The notes below the pieces were generated by a model, which saw only the letters and a list, made by a program, of their open reading frames with translations, ran no database searches and was not told where the DNA came from. From an uncultured Acidobacteriota bacterium (GTDB lineage: Bacteria; Acidobacteriota; Polarisedimenticolia; JACPZX01; DASXTC01), in the NCBI GenBank assembly GCA_963806495.1, contig CAWDYA010000011.1:435801-499800 (forward strand): 64,000 nucleotides of DNA. Reading direction: 5' to 3'. This document shows, one piece after another, positions 51,262 through 61,660 of the stretch. The position numbers were made by a program, and so were the translations under genes. Position 1 is the stretch's first letter. The number at the start of each line of letters is the position of its first letter.

Positions 51262-52317
51262 TCAGGTCACCTGTGCGATGATCATCGTCACGTCGTCGGT
51301 GAATCGCCCGTTGCTGAAACGAACCGCCTCGTCGATCAGCAGACGCTTCATCCGGGCCGGCGGCGCCGACGGCGATCCCAGCACGGTCTCGATGATGCGC
51401 CCCTCTCCGAACGGCTCCCCTCGCGAATCCTCGGCCTCCGGCAGTCCGTCGGTGTACATGACCAGACGATCGCCGGGTTCGAGATCGATCGTGGCGGCCG
51501 GGTAGCGCGCGTCCTCGATCACGCCCAGCACCGGGCCACGCTCCTCCAGCCGCGCGTGCAGCGCACCTCCGCGAAACAGCAGCGGGGCGTTGTGCCCGGC
51601 GTTGGCGTAGACAAGCCGCCTGCGCCGCCGGTCGACCCGACCCATGAAGAAGGTGATGAACTTCTCCGGTGTGAGATTGGCGGCGACCAGCGCGTTCAGG
51701 TGCGTGCAGATTTCCTCCGGAGCGCTGCCGGCCGGCGCCAGGACGCGGACTGCGGCCTGCAGGTTGGCCATGAGCAGGGCCGGGCCGAGCCCCTTGCCGG
51801 TGACGTCGGCGATACACAGGACGACCTCGGCATCGCCCGATCCCAGGATGTCGAAGTAGTCGCCGCTGAGATCGCGGAAGGGACGGTAGAGGGTGGCTAT
51901 CTCGAGTCCGGTCGCGGCGGGGGCGTGCTGCGGCAGGAGGCGCCGCTGGATCGCCCTGGCCAGGAGCCGCTCGCGGTCGAGGGCCGCACGCGCCGCGCTG
52001 AGCGTAAGGCTCACGATGATGAAGAAGCCAATCCGGACCAGTGCGTTCCACATGTCGAGCGGCACGGGCACCCTCAGCCGGAACGTCTCCATGTCGGCGA
52101 CGCTCCAGATCAGGGCGCAGCCGAGCGAGAGAACCACCGCCTGGAGCCGTCCCACGTACCAGGCGACCACGGCCACCGGGAAGAGGTAGAAGATGGTGAA
52201 GGAGAAGAGCGGTCCGGTCAGGTAATCCACCACGCCGAGCGCGAGGGCCAGCACCGTCGCCAGCGCCACCACGAGGCGTCGCTTCCGGGAGCCGGGTCGG
52301 GCCATCAGACCGGGCAT
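51262..52317 (-). CDS. PP2C-type (SpoIIE-family) Ser/Thr phosphatase with N-terminal membrane sensor region
   Basis: About 4 TM segments, then LSGDYFDIL, IADVTGKGLGPALLMANL, NAGHNAPL, MYTDGL, DDVTMI. Alternative ATG at 52305. Confidence 0.8.
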   Translation of the reverse strand: MPGLMARPGSRKRRLVVALATVLALALGVVDYLTGPLFSFTIFYLFPVAVVAWYVGRLQAVVLSLGCALIWSVADMETFRLRVPVPLDMWNALVRIGFFIIVSLTLSAARAALDRERLLARAIQRRLLPQHAPAATGLEIATLYRPFRDLSGDYFDILGSGDAEVVLCIADVTGKGLGPALLMANLQAAVRVLAPAGSAPEEICTHLNALVAANLTPEKFITFFMGRVDRRRRRLVYANAGHNAPLLFRGGALHARLEERGPVLGVIEDARYPAATIDLEPGDRLVMYTDGLPEAEDSRGEPFGEGRIIETVLGSPSAPPARMKRLLIDEAVRFSNGRFTDDVTMIIAQVT

Positions 52318-52334
52318 GGATCGTCCGTTCGGGA

Positions 52335-53063
52335 TCAGACGGGCCCCTGAGGCCGGCCGGCGCGGTCGGCGAGGCGGGCTGCCCGGTGCTGGTGCGCCGC
52401 GGCCGCGAGACACACGGCGGTGAGAAGGATCGTCGGCAGGAGAAACAGCGACATGTCGCGGCCCGAGATGAAGGTGTAGCCGAGGTACGGCAGCGGCAGC
52501 GTGAGCCCGATGTACAGCAGCGCCTTGGCGCGTGCGCGCGGGTCGAGGATCAGCCGGTCGCCGGCGGCCGCCGCGATCGCCGCCCCGGTAGCCTCCCCGT
52601 CCGCCGCCGCGGGCAGGTGCCTCTCCACGTCCAGGATCACCCCGTGCAGCTTCGTCTGCAGGCGGTACTCCAGCGGGATGACGGCCAGCAGCCAGGCCGA
52701 CGCCACCGCGGCCAGCGACAGGTGCAGCCATCCCGGCACGCGGCCGAGACGGGCCAGTCCGCCGATGATCGCCGTGGCCGCGATCGCCACGGCGCCCGCG
52801 GCCGCCATCGGGAACAGACGGTGATACACCTCGTTGAGACGGTCGATCAGCGCGGCCGGCATGTCGAACCGGCCGACATGCTCCTTGATCAGCTTGGCGG
52901 CGCCGAGAAACAGCGCGATGACCCCGCACTGCACCAGGCACAGGAAGACAGCCGCGAATATCCCGACACGCATGTGCCACGCCGAGCCCGTCCACCCCGA
53001 CGCCGCCGCGGCGGCGAGAAACAGCAGGCCCCACAGGTTCAGGCCGAGGAACAGCCGGTTCAT
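52335..53063 (-). CDS. Hypothetical polytopic membrane protein
   Basis: 242-aa ORF with ~6 hydrophobic segments. Abuts the upstream ABM gene stop. Confidence 0.6.
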   Translation of the reverse strand: MNRLFLGLNLWGLLFLAAAAASGWTGSAWHMRVGIFAAVFLCLVQCGVIALFLGAAKLIKEHVGRFDMPAALIDRLNEVYHRLFPMAAAGAVAIAATAIIGGLARLGRVPGWLHLSLAAVASAWLLAVIPLEYRLQTKLHGVILDVERHLPAAADGEATGAAIAAAAGDRLILDPRARAKALLYIGLTLPLPYLGYTFISGRDMSLFLLPTILLTAVCLAAAAHQHRAARLADRAGRPQGPV

Positions 53064-53366
53064 CTACTCCCCGTACACCTTGTGGCTCGGCCGGCCGGCC
53101 AGGATCTCCTCGGCACCCCAGCGGGTGACCTCGGCGAACTGCGGCGACCTGATGAAGGCTGTGAACGCCTCCTTCGTCTCCCACTCCGAGACAATCAGGT
53201 ACGATGCGGCTGCGTCTATGTCCTTGTAAAGATGTGACTTGACGTGGCCCGGCATGCCGCCCATCACCCCGAGCACCTTGCGGAAGCCGTCCTCGAACAC
53301 CTGCTCCTTGCCCGGCCGGACCTCGTAGTTCATGCCCACCGTGATCATCCTCATCCCTCCTGTCAT
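53064..53366 (-). CDS. Antibiotic-biosynthesis-monooxygenase (ABM) domain protein
   Basis: ITVGMNYEVRPGKEQVFEDGF...YLIVSEWETKEAFTAF ferredoxin-like fold signature. Confidence 0.7.
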   Translation of the reverse strand: MTGGMRMITVGMNYEVRPGKEQVFEDGFRKVLGVMGGMPGHVKSHLYKDIDAAASYLIVSEWETKEAFTAFIRSPQFAEVTRWGAEEILAGRPSHKVYGE

Positions 53367-53434
53367 ATGGATGAACCACTGTAGACCCGCCGCCCTCCGG
53401 GGGTCAACGCGGAGTCCCCGGGGAGCCCCCCCTA

Positions 53435-53467
53435 ATACTTGACAAAAAAGTCTGATATCGGTACTCT
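53435..53467 (+). promoter_or_regulatory. Candidate sigma70 promoter of the Rrf2-suf operon (TTGACA 53439-53444, 17-nt spacer, TACTCT 53462-53467) overlapping an IscR-like site ATACTTGAC-A6-GTCTGATAT
   Basis: AT-rich island in a GC-rich genome 41 nt upstream of ATG 53508. GAC-N6-GTC dyad overlaps the -35 element. Confidence 0.45.
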
Positions 53468-53507
53468 CCCTTCAGTCACGGCAAAATACGGCTTCGGAGA
53501 CCTGGCG

Positions 53508-54038
53508 ATGAAGGTGACGTCACAGGAAGAGTACGGGCTGCGATGCATGATGCAGATCGCCGGCTCGGGCCCCGAGAACACGCTCAGCGTCCACGAGATC
53601 GCCTCCCGGGAGGGGCTCTCGGACGCCTACGTCGCCAAGCTGATGAACCTGCTGCGCGAGGCCGGCCTCGTCGACAGCGTCCGCGGCCGATCGGGCGGCT
53701 ACTACATCACCCGCCCCGCCGAGTCGATCAGCCTGTCGGAGATCATGCGATCTCTCGGCGGGCGGCTCTTCCAGACCGAATACTGCGAGCGGTTCCCGGG
53801 CGACGAGAGCGAGTGCGTCCACCTGGGCGAGTGCTCCATCCGATCCTTGTGGGGCACGGTGGAGGTGGTGGTCGAGCAGGTGCTCTCGCGCACCACTCTC
53901 TCCGACCTGTTGAAATCCGAACGACGCGTCCGGACCGATCTGCTCGGACTGCAGAAACGGTCGCTTCCGATCGTGACCGGCCTCCCGATCGCGGGCTCCC
54001 CGATGGGGATCCTGCAGACCGACCCGGAAGACGAATGA
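53508..54038 (+). CDS. Rrf2-family transcriptional regulator (IscR/SufR-like, Cys-containing)
   Basis: [18 protein letters not shown]...[37 protein letters not shown], with C-x-C-x-C-type ligands ([17 protein letters not shown]). Confidence 0.85.
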   Translation: MKVTSQEEYGLRCMMQIAGSGPENTLSVHEIASREGLSDAYVAKLMNLLREAGLVDSVRGRSGGYYITRPAESISLSEIMRSLGGRLFQTEYCERFPGDESECVHLGECSIRSLWGTVEVVVEQVLSRTTLSDLLKSERRVRTDLLGLQKRSLPIVTGLPIAGSPMGILQTDPEDE

Positions 54039-54051
54039 ACGGAGACATACG

Positions 54052-55497
<1,446 letters not shown>

Positions 55498-55542
55498 GAC
55501 CTTTTCCCGGGCCGAGCCGGCCCGGTTGTTTCCAATGGAGCG

Positions 55543-56322
55543 ATGACGAACAAGATGGCGATGCTCGAGATCAGGAATCTGCACGCGTCCGTGGGCGACA
55601 AGGAGATCCTCAAGGGGGTCGACCTGACCGTCAATGCCGGCGAAGTCCACGCAATCATGGGGCCGAACGGCTCGGGCAAGAGCACGCTCGCGCACGTTCT
55701 GGCCGGCCGGGAGGCGTTCACGCCGACGGCGGGCGAGGTAATCTACGAAGGGCGCAACCTGCTGGAGATGGCTCCCGAGGACCGGGCGCGTGAAGGGGTG
55801 TTTCTCGCGTTCCAGTACCCGGTCGAGATCCCCGGCGTGAGCAACCTGTACCTGCTCAAGGCGGCCCTCAACGGCATCCGCAAGAACAGGGGTCTGCCTG
55901 AGGTGGACGCGATGGACTTTCTCGCGCTCATCAAGGAGAAGATGAAGCTGGTCGAGATGGATCAGAGCTTCCTCAACCGGTCGGTCAACGAGGGGTTCTC
56001 CGGCGGAGAGAAGAAGCGCAACGAGGTGTTCCAGATGGCGGTGCTGGATCCCAAGCTGGCCATCCTGGACGAGACCGACTCGGGCCTGGACATCGACGCG
56101 CTCAAGATTGTGGCGGGTGGCGTCAACGCGCTGCGCAGCAGCGACCGTGCGATGCTCGTCATCACCCACTACCAGCGGCTGCTCGAGTACATCGTCCCGG
56201 ACAGGGTCCACGTCCTGCACAACGGCCGGATCGTCAAGTCCGGCGGCAAGGACCTGGCGCTGGAGCTGGAGGACAGGGGGTACTCCTGGATCGAGGACGA
56301 AACCAGGGCGGCCTCGCGGTGA
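55543..56322 (+). CDS. sufC: Fe-S cluster assembly ATPase SufC
   Basis: Walker [13 protein letters not shown] signature FSGGEKKR, Walker [13 protein letters not shown]. Confidence 0.95.
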   Translation: MTNKMAMLEIRNLHASVGDKEILKGVDLTVNAGEVHAIMGPNGSGKSTLAHVLAGREAFTPTAGEVIYEGRNLLEMAPEDRAREGVFLAFQYPVEIPGVSNLYLLKAALNGIRKNRGLPEVDAMDFLALIKEKMKLVEMDQSFLNRSVNEGFSGGEKKRNEVFQMAVLDPKLAILDETDSGLDIDALKIVAGGVNALRSSDRAMLVITHYQRLLEYIVPDRVHVLHNGRIVKSGGKDLALELEDRGYSWIEDETRAASR

Positions 56323-57671
56323 TCGACGTGACCCGGGACAAGGACACATACATCGCGGCCTTCGAGAAGCTCGCCGGCGAGTCGGGTGGCCCGGGCAAGT
56401 GGCTCGAGCCTGTCCGCCGATCGGCGATCGAGCGGTTCGCCGCTTCGGGCTTTCCGACGACGCGCGACGAGGCCTGGAGGTACACCAGCGTAGCGCCGAT
56501 CGCGAAGACGCCTTTCCGGCTTGCACCGCGTTCCGGGAACGGCTCCCTGCCGCGCGGCTCGATGCATGACGTGGAGGCGCTCACTCTCGGTGGCCTGAGC
56601 CCCCGGCGGATCGTCTTCGTCAACGGGCACTACTCGCCCGCGCTCTCGTCGCCGGCCCCCGGCGGCAACGGTCTCCAGACGCTCAGCCTCGCCGCGGGTC
56701 TCAAGTCGGAGCGCGCCCTGCTGGAGGGACATCTCGCCCGCCAGGCGGCGTCAGAGGACGGCGCGTTCACCGCGCTCAACACCGCATTCTTCTCCGATGG
56801 CGCCCTGGTGAGGATCCCCGACGGGGCCGTGCTGACCGAGCCGATCCACCTCATCTATATCTCCGCTCCGCCTCCCGGCGCCGAGCCGCAGGTGTCGCAT
56901 CCACGCACGCTGATCATCGCCGGCAAGGGGAGCCAGGCCACCATCGTCGAGAGCTATGTCGGCCTCGGATCCGATGTCTGCTTCACCAACGCGGTCACCG
57001 AGGTGGAAACCGGCCCGGGCAGCGTGATCGACCATTACAAGCTCGAGCGGGAGTCTCCCGCGGCCTATCACGTGGGCTCGATGCACGTGACGCTCGCCCG
57101 CGACAGCGTCTTCTCCTCATGCTCGATCGCCCTGGGCGGCCGTCTCGTCCGCAACGACGTCACGGCGGTGCTCGACGCCGAGGGAGCCGAGTGCACGCTC
57201 AACGGACTGTACGTCCTGTCCGGCGATCAGCACGTCGACAACCACACATTGGTGGATCACGCGCGGCCCCACGGCACCAGCCGGCAGCTCTACAAGGGGG
57301 TCCTGGACGGACGCTCGCGCGGCGTGTTCGACGGGACGGTGATCGTCCGGCCCGATGCGCAGAAGACCGACTCACGCCAGGAGAACCGCAACCTGATCCT
57401 GTCCGAGGAGGCCCTGGTCGACACCAAGCCGACCCTCAAGATCCACGCCGACGACGTCAAGTGCAGCCACGCGGCCACGACCGGCCAGATGGACGAGGCC
57501 TCGATGTTCTACCTGCGCTCGCGCGCCATCGACGTCCAGACGGCGCGTCGCATCATGATCCACGCCTTCGTGAGCGAGATGCTCTCGCGGGTCAAGGTAG
57601 CCGCGATCCGCTCCGGTCTCGACACGTTCATGTTCTGCGAGCGCCCCCACAGGCCGGGAGAGGGATCGTGA
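56319..57671 (+). CDS. sufD: Fe-S cluster assembly protein SufD
   Basis: GTGA overlap with sufC. SufB/D-family C-terminal region ([35 protein letters not shown]). Confidence 0.9.
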   Translation: MIDVTRDKDTYIAAFEKLAGESGGPGKWLEPVRRSAIERFAASGFPTTRDEAWRYTSVAPIAKTPFRLAPRSGNGSLPRGSMHDVEALTLGGLSPRRIVFVNGHYSPALSSPAPGGNGLQTLSLAAGLKSERALLEGHLARQAASEDGAFTALNTAFFSDGALVRIPDGAVLTEPIHLIYISAPPPGAEPQVSHPRTLIIAGKGSQATIVESYVGLGSDVCFTNAVTEVETGPGSVIDHYKLERESPAAYHVGSMHVTLARDSVFSSCSIALGGRLVRNDVTAVLDAEGAECTLNGLYVLSGDQHVDNHTLVDHARPHGTSRQLYKGVLDGRSRGVFDGTVIVRPDAQKTDSRQENRNLILSEEALVDTKPTLKIHADDVKCSHAATTGQMDEASMFYLRSRAIDVQTARRIMIHAFVSEMLSRVKVAAIRSGLDTFMFCERPHRPGEGS

Positions 57672-58927
57672 GACCCGCGACCGGCGCCCCGGGCGTCACG
57701 CCGGCAGAAAGGCTCGACGTTGCGCGGATCCGGGCCGACTTTCCGATCCTCTCCGAGCGCGTCAACGGGCACCCGCTGGTGTACCTGGACAACGCGGCCA
57801 CCACGCAGAAGCCGACCTCGGTGATCGAGACGGTCAGCCGTTTCTACGCCCACGACAACTCCAACATCCACCGCGGGCTGCACGAGCTCAGCCAGCGGGC
57901 CACCGACGCCTATGAGAAGAGCCGCTCGCAGGTGAGGCGGTTCCTCAATGCCCGCGAGGACCGTGAGGTGATCTTCGGCCGAAGCACCACCGAGGCGATC
58001 AACCTCGTGGCGGCCAGCTACGGCCGGCGGCATGTCGGCCCGGGCGACGAGGTGCTCATCACGGCGATGGAGCACCATTCCAACATCGTCCCGTGGCAGA
58101 TCCTCTGCGAAGAGAAGCAGGCCACGCTGCGTGTCGTGCCGATCGACGACAACGGCGAGCTGCGGCTCGACGAGATGGAGCGTCTGATCGGCCCGCGCAC
58201 CCGGCTCGTCTCGCTCGTGCACGTGTCCAACTCGCTCGGCACGGTCAACCCGGTGCGCGAGGTCGTGGCGATGGCGCACGCGCGCGGCATCCCGGTGCTC
58301 GTGGACGGCGCTCAGGCGGCGGCCCACGTCAGGCTCGACGTGCAGGAGATCGGGTGCGACTTCTACGCCTTCTCGGCCCACAAGCTGTACGGACCGACGG
58401 GCGTGGGGGTGCTGTACGGCCGCTCCGAGCTGCTCGAGGCGATGCCGCCCTATCAGGGCGGTGGCGACATGATCAGCTCGGTGACGTTCGAGAAGACGAC
58501 GTACAACAAGCTGCCACACAGGTTCGAGGCGGGCACGCCCAACATCGCCGGCGTGATCGGCCTCGGCGCTGCCATCGACTATCTCGAGGGAGTCGGTATC
58601 GAGCGCGCGGCGGCCCACGAGCAGGATCTGCTGGCCCATGCCACCGAGCGGGTTTCGTCAATCCCCGGCGTGAGGATCATCGGGCGTGCGCGCGAGAAGA
58701 TGAGCGTGCTGTCGTTCGTGATGGACGGGATCCATCCGCACGACATCGGCACCATCCTCGACCGGGAGGGCGTGGCCATCCGTGCGGGGCATCACTGCAC
58801 GCAGCCGCTGATGGACCGGTTCGGCGTGCCCGCCACCGCGCGCGCGTCGTTCGCCTTCTACAACACGCGGTCCGAGATCGACGCGCTCGTCGACGGGATC
58901 CACAAGGTGATCGAGGTGCTGGGCTGA
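57668..58927 (+). CDS. sufS: Cysteine desulfurase SufS
   Basis: GTG start overlapping the sufD stop (GTGA). FPILSERVNGHPLVYLDNAATTQKP, SAHKLYGPTG (PLP Lys), RAGHHCTQP (catalytic Cys). Confidence 0.9.
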   Translation: MRPATGAPGVTPAERLDVARIRADFPILSERVNGHPLVYLDNAATTQKPTSVIETVSRFYAHDNSNIHRGLHELSQRATDAYEKSRSQVRRFLNAREDREVIFGRSTTEAINLVAASYGRRHVGPGDEVLITAMEHHSNIVPWQILCEEKQATLRVVPIDDNGELRLDEMERLIGPRTRLVSLVHVSNSLGTVNPVREVVAMAHARGIPVLVDGAQAAAHVRLDVQEIGCDFYAFSAHKLYGPTGVGVLYGRSELLEAMPPYQGGGDMISSVTFEKTTYNKLPHRFEAGTPNIAGVIGLGAAIDYLEGVGIERAAAHEQDLLAHATERVSSIPGVRIIGRAREKMSVLSFVMDGIHPHDIGTILDREGVAIRAGHHCTQPLMDRFGVPATARASFAFYNTRSEIDALVDGIHKVIEVLG

Positions 58928-59373
58928 TGAACGATCTGAGCGACCTGTACCAGGAAGTCATCCTCGACCACAACAAGCGGCCGAGGAATTTCCATCGGAT
59001 GGAGCAGCCCAATCGCCACGCCGACGGGCACAACCCGCTGTGCGGCGACCGGGTGACGATCTACCTCGACATCGAGAACGACCGGGTGCGCGACGTCAGC
59101 TTCGAGGGATCCGGCTGCGCCATCTCCAAGGCCTCGGCCTCGATGATGACCGAGGCAATCAAGGGGATGACGCTGGCCGAGGTGGAGTCGCTGTTCCGGT
59201 CGTTTCACGGCCTGGTCACCGGTCAGGAGCCGGCCGGCGAGGAAGACCTCGGCAAGCTGGTGGTCTTCTCCGGCGTCAGGGAGTTTCCCGCGCGCGTCAA
59301 GTGCGCCAGCCTGGCCTGGCATACGATGCACGCCGCCCTCGAGAACGTGTCCGAAGTCACCTCCACGGAGTGA
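58927..59373 (+). CDS. sufU: SufU/IscU-like Fe-S assembly (sulfur acceptor) protein
   Basis: TGATG overlap. LYQEVILDHNKRPRNF, NPLCGD, GSGCAIS, ARVKCASL. Confidence 0.9.
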   Translation: MNDLSDLYQEVILDHNKRPRNFHRMEQPNRHADGHNPLCGDRVTIYLDIENDRVRDVSFEGSGCAISKASASMMTEAIKGMTLAEVESLFRSFHGLVTGQEPAGEEDLGKLVVFSGVREFPARVKCASLAWHTMHAALENVSEVTSTE

Positions 59374-59377
59374 GCCG

Positions 59378-59710
59378 ATGACCGTCATAAAGAACGAGAG
59401 CGCCAAGCCCGACCTCGGCGAGAAGGTCGTCGAGGTCCTCAAGACATGCTTCGACCCGGAGATCCCGGTCAACATCTACGAGCTGGGTCTGATCTACAAC
59501 ATCGACATCGACGCCGAGGACAACGTCTCGATCAAGATGACCCTCACCTCGCCGATGTGCCCGGTGGCCGAATCGCTGCCGCCCAACGTCGAGGCCAAGG
59601 TACGGAACCTCGCCGAGGTGCACGAGGCCAGGGTCGAGGTGACCTGGGATCCGCCCTGGGGCCCGGACAAGATGACCGATGCGGCGCGGCTTCAGCTCAA
59701 CATGATGTGA
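59378..59710 (+). CDS. sufT: DUF59 / SufT-like Fe-S assembly protein
   Basis: VVEVLKTCFDPEIPVNIYELGLIY...MTLTSPMCPVAE. Confidence 0.85.
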   Translation: MTVIKNESAKPDLGEKVVEVLKTCFDPEIPVNIYELGLIYNIDIDAEDNVSIKMTLTSPMCPVAESLPPNVEAKVRNLAEVHEARVEVTWDPPWGPDKMTDAARLQLNMM

Positions 59711-59746
59711 GCCGTCCGGTCACGGCCGCCACGGCACCCATGCCTC

Positions 59747-61570
59747 TCACCAGCCGCAGACTTCGTCCTTGTTCTGGTCGTCGAGCCATTTCTTCAGCGG
59801 CGCGAAGTAGTCCAGGATCGCGGTGGCATCCATCTCGCGCTGCCCGGTGAGCGCCTCGAGCGCGTCCGGCCACGGACGGCTCGCCCCCATCTCGAGCATC
59901 GCCTTCAGCCGCCGCCCCGCCTCCTCGTTGCCGTAGATCGAGCACTGATCCAGCGGCCCGGTGAAGCCGATGTCCCGGCACAGCGCGCGGTGGAACTGGA
60001 ACTGCAGGATGTCGGCCAGGAAGTAGCGCATGTATGGCGTGTTGGCCGGCACATGGTACTTGGCCCCCGGGTCGAAGTCGGTCTCGGAGCGGCCGATGGG
60101 CGGCGCGATCCCCTGGTACTTGCGTCTCAGGTCCCACCAGCCTTCGTTGTAGTGGTCCGGCGTGATCTCGCCCGAGAACACCTTCCAGCGCCACTGGTCC
60201 ACGAGCAGGCCGAACGGCAGGAAGGCGACCTTGTCGAGCGCCATCTTCATCAGCAGCCCGAGGTCGGCGCCGGCGGCCGGCGGGTGATTCAGCAGACCGA
60301 TCTTCATCAGGTAGCCGGGCGTGATCGACAGCGCGAGCGTGTCGCCCACCCCCTCGTGAAAGCCGTCGTTGGCGCCGTCGCGGAACAGAAACGGCTGGCC
60401 GCTGTAGGCACGATAGTAGAAGTCGTGCCCCAGCTCGTGGTGCACCGTCGAGAAGTCCTCCTCGTTGATCTCGATGCACATCTTGATCCGCAGATCGTTC
60501 TTGCCGTCGATGTCCCAGGCGCTGGCATGGCATACGACGTCGCGGTCGGCGGGCTTGGTGAACAGCGACCGCTCCCAGAACGTCTCCGGCAGCGGGGCAA
60601 AGCCGAGCGAGGTGAAGAACCCCTCGCCATAGCGGACCATCCCCTTCGCGTCGACGTGGTGATCGTGCAGCAGCCTCGTCAGGTCGTATCCCGGGTCGAC
60701 GTCCCCCACCCCCATCATGTCGTAGATGTTGATCCAGGACTGGCTCCACATGTTGCCGAGCAGATGGGCCGGGATCGGCTTGCCCGGGGGGACCAGGTCC
60801 TTGCCGTACTTCTTCGCCAGCTCGGCCCGGACGTGGCAGTGCAGCGCCTCGTACAGCGGCCTGACCTGCCCCCAGAGACGGTCCAGCTCGGCGGCGAAGG
60901 CATCGGGAGGCATGTCGTACGCCGATCGCCACAACGCGCCCAGATCGGCGAACCCCAGATCCTTCGCGCCGGCATTTCCCAGCTCGACGAACCGCCGGTA
61001 CTGCGACCGCATCGGAGGAGAGATCGTCCGCCACCCGCGCCAGACATCGAGGAGCTGCTCCGGGTCGCGGCTCGTGGCCATGATCTCGCTGAGCTGGTTG
61101 ATGTCCATGCAGGTCCCGTCCGGGCGGCAGTACTCCCCCTTGCCGTACTCGCTCTCCATGCCCGCCGTGATCTGCGACAGCTCGGTCTGCAGATCCGGAT
61201 CGGAGGGGGCGGCGAGCGGCATCGAGGTCCTCAGGAGCCTCAGCTTGCGCTCCACGTCGGCGGGCAGCTTCAGGCCGTTGAAGCGTGCGGCCTCCTTTGC
61301 CGCCGCCATCCGGGCGGCCAGCGCGTTCTTGCCGGCTTCGGCGGCGAGTATCTCCGTATCGCCGGTGATGAAGTTCGACTGCACCCAGGCGGCGCGCTCC
61401 GCCTTCTCGTCGAGATCGGCGAGCTGCGTCTCCACCCGCTCGATGAACCGCTTCGCCTCCTCGGCCGTCGGCGCGCCCTTCGACGCCGCCGCGGCCGGAG
61501 CGGCGCCGCCCGCCGTCACCGCCAGCGCCAGGATGCCAAGAGTGGCACCGGACAGACGCACTCTCCTCAT
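59747..61570 (-). CDS. M2-family zinc metallopeptidase (angiotensin-converting-enzyme-like peptidyl-dipeptidase)
   Basis: Signal peptide MRRVRLSGATLGILALAVTAGGAAPAAAA. HHELGH zinc motif and downstream FHEGVGD (third ligand Glu), as in ACE HHEMGH...HEAIGD. Confidence 0.85.
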   Translation of the reverse strand: MRRVRLSGATLGILALAVTAGGAAPAAAASKGAPTAEEAKRFIERVETQLADLDEKAERAAWVQSNFITGDTEILAAEAGKNALAARMAAAKEAARFNGLKLPADVERKLRLLRTSMPLAAPSDPDLQTELSQITAGMESEYGKGEYCRPDGTCMDINQLSEIMATSRDPEQLLDVWRGWRTISPPMRSQYRRFVELGNAGAKDLGFADLGALWRSAYDMPPDAFAAELDRLWGQVRPLYEALHCHVRAELAKKYGKDLVPPGKPIPAHLLGNMWSQSWINIYDMMGVGDVDPGYDLTRLLHDHHVDAKGMVRYGEGFFTSLGFAPLPETFWERSLFTKPADRDVVCHASAWDIDGKNDLRIKMCIEINEEDFSTVHHELGHDFYYRAYSGQPFLFRDGANDGFHEGVGDTLALSITPGYLMKIGLLNHPPAAGADLGLLMKMALDKVAFLPFGLLVDQWRWKVFSGEITPDHYNEGWWDLRRKYQGIAPPIGRSETDFDPGAKYHVPANTPYMRYFLADILQFQFHRALCRDIGFTGPLDQCSIYGNEEAGRRLKAMLEMGASRPWPDALEALTGQREMDATAILDYFAPLKKWLDDQNKDEVCGW

Positions 61571-61660
61571 GAATGCCCGCTCGCCCATGGATGGTCCTCC
61601 CGATCGCCTTCCATTCGTGGATAGCAACCAGGGAATTATAGCCGGGAGTGCCCCGCGCGA

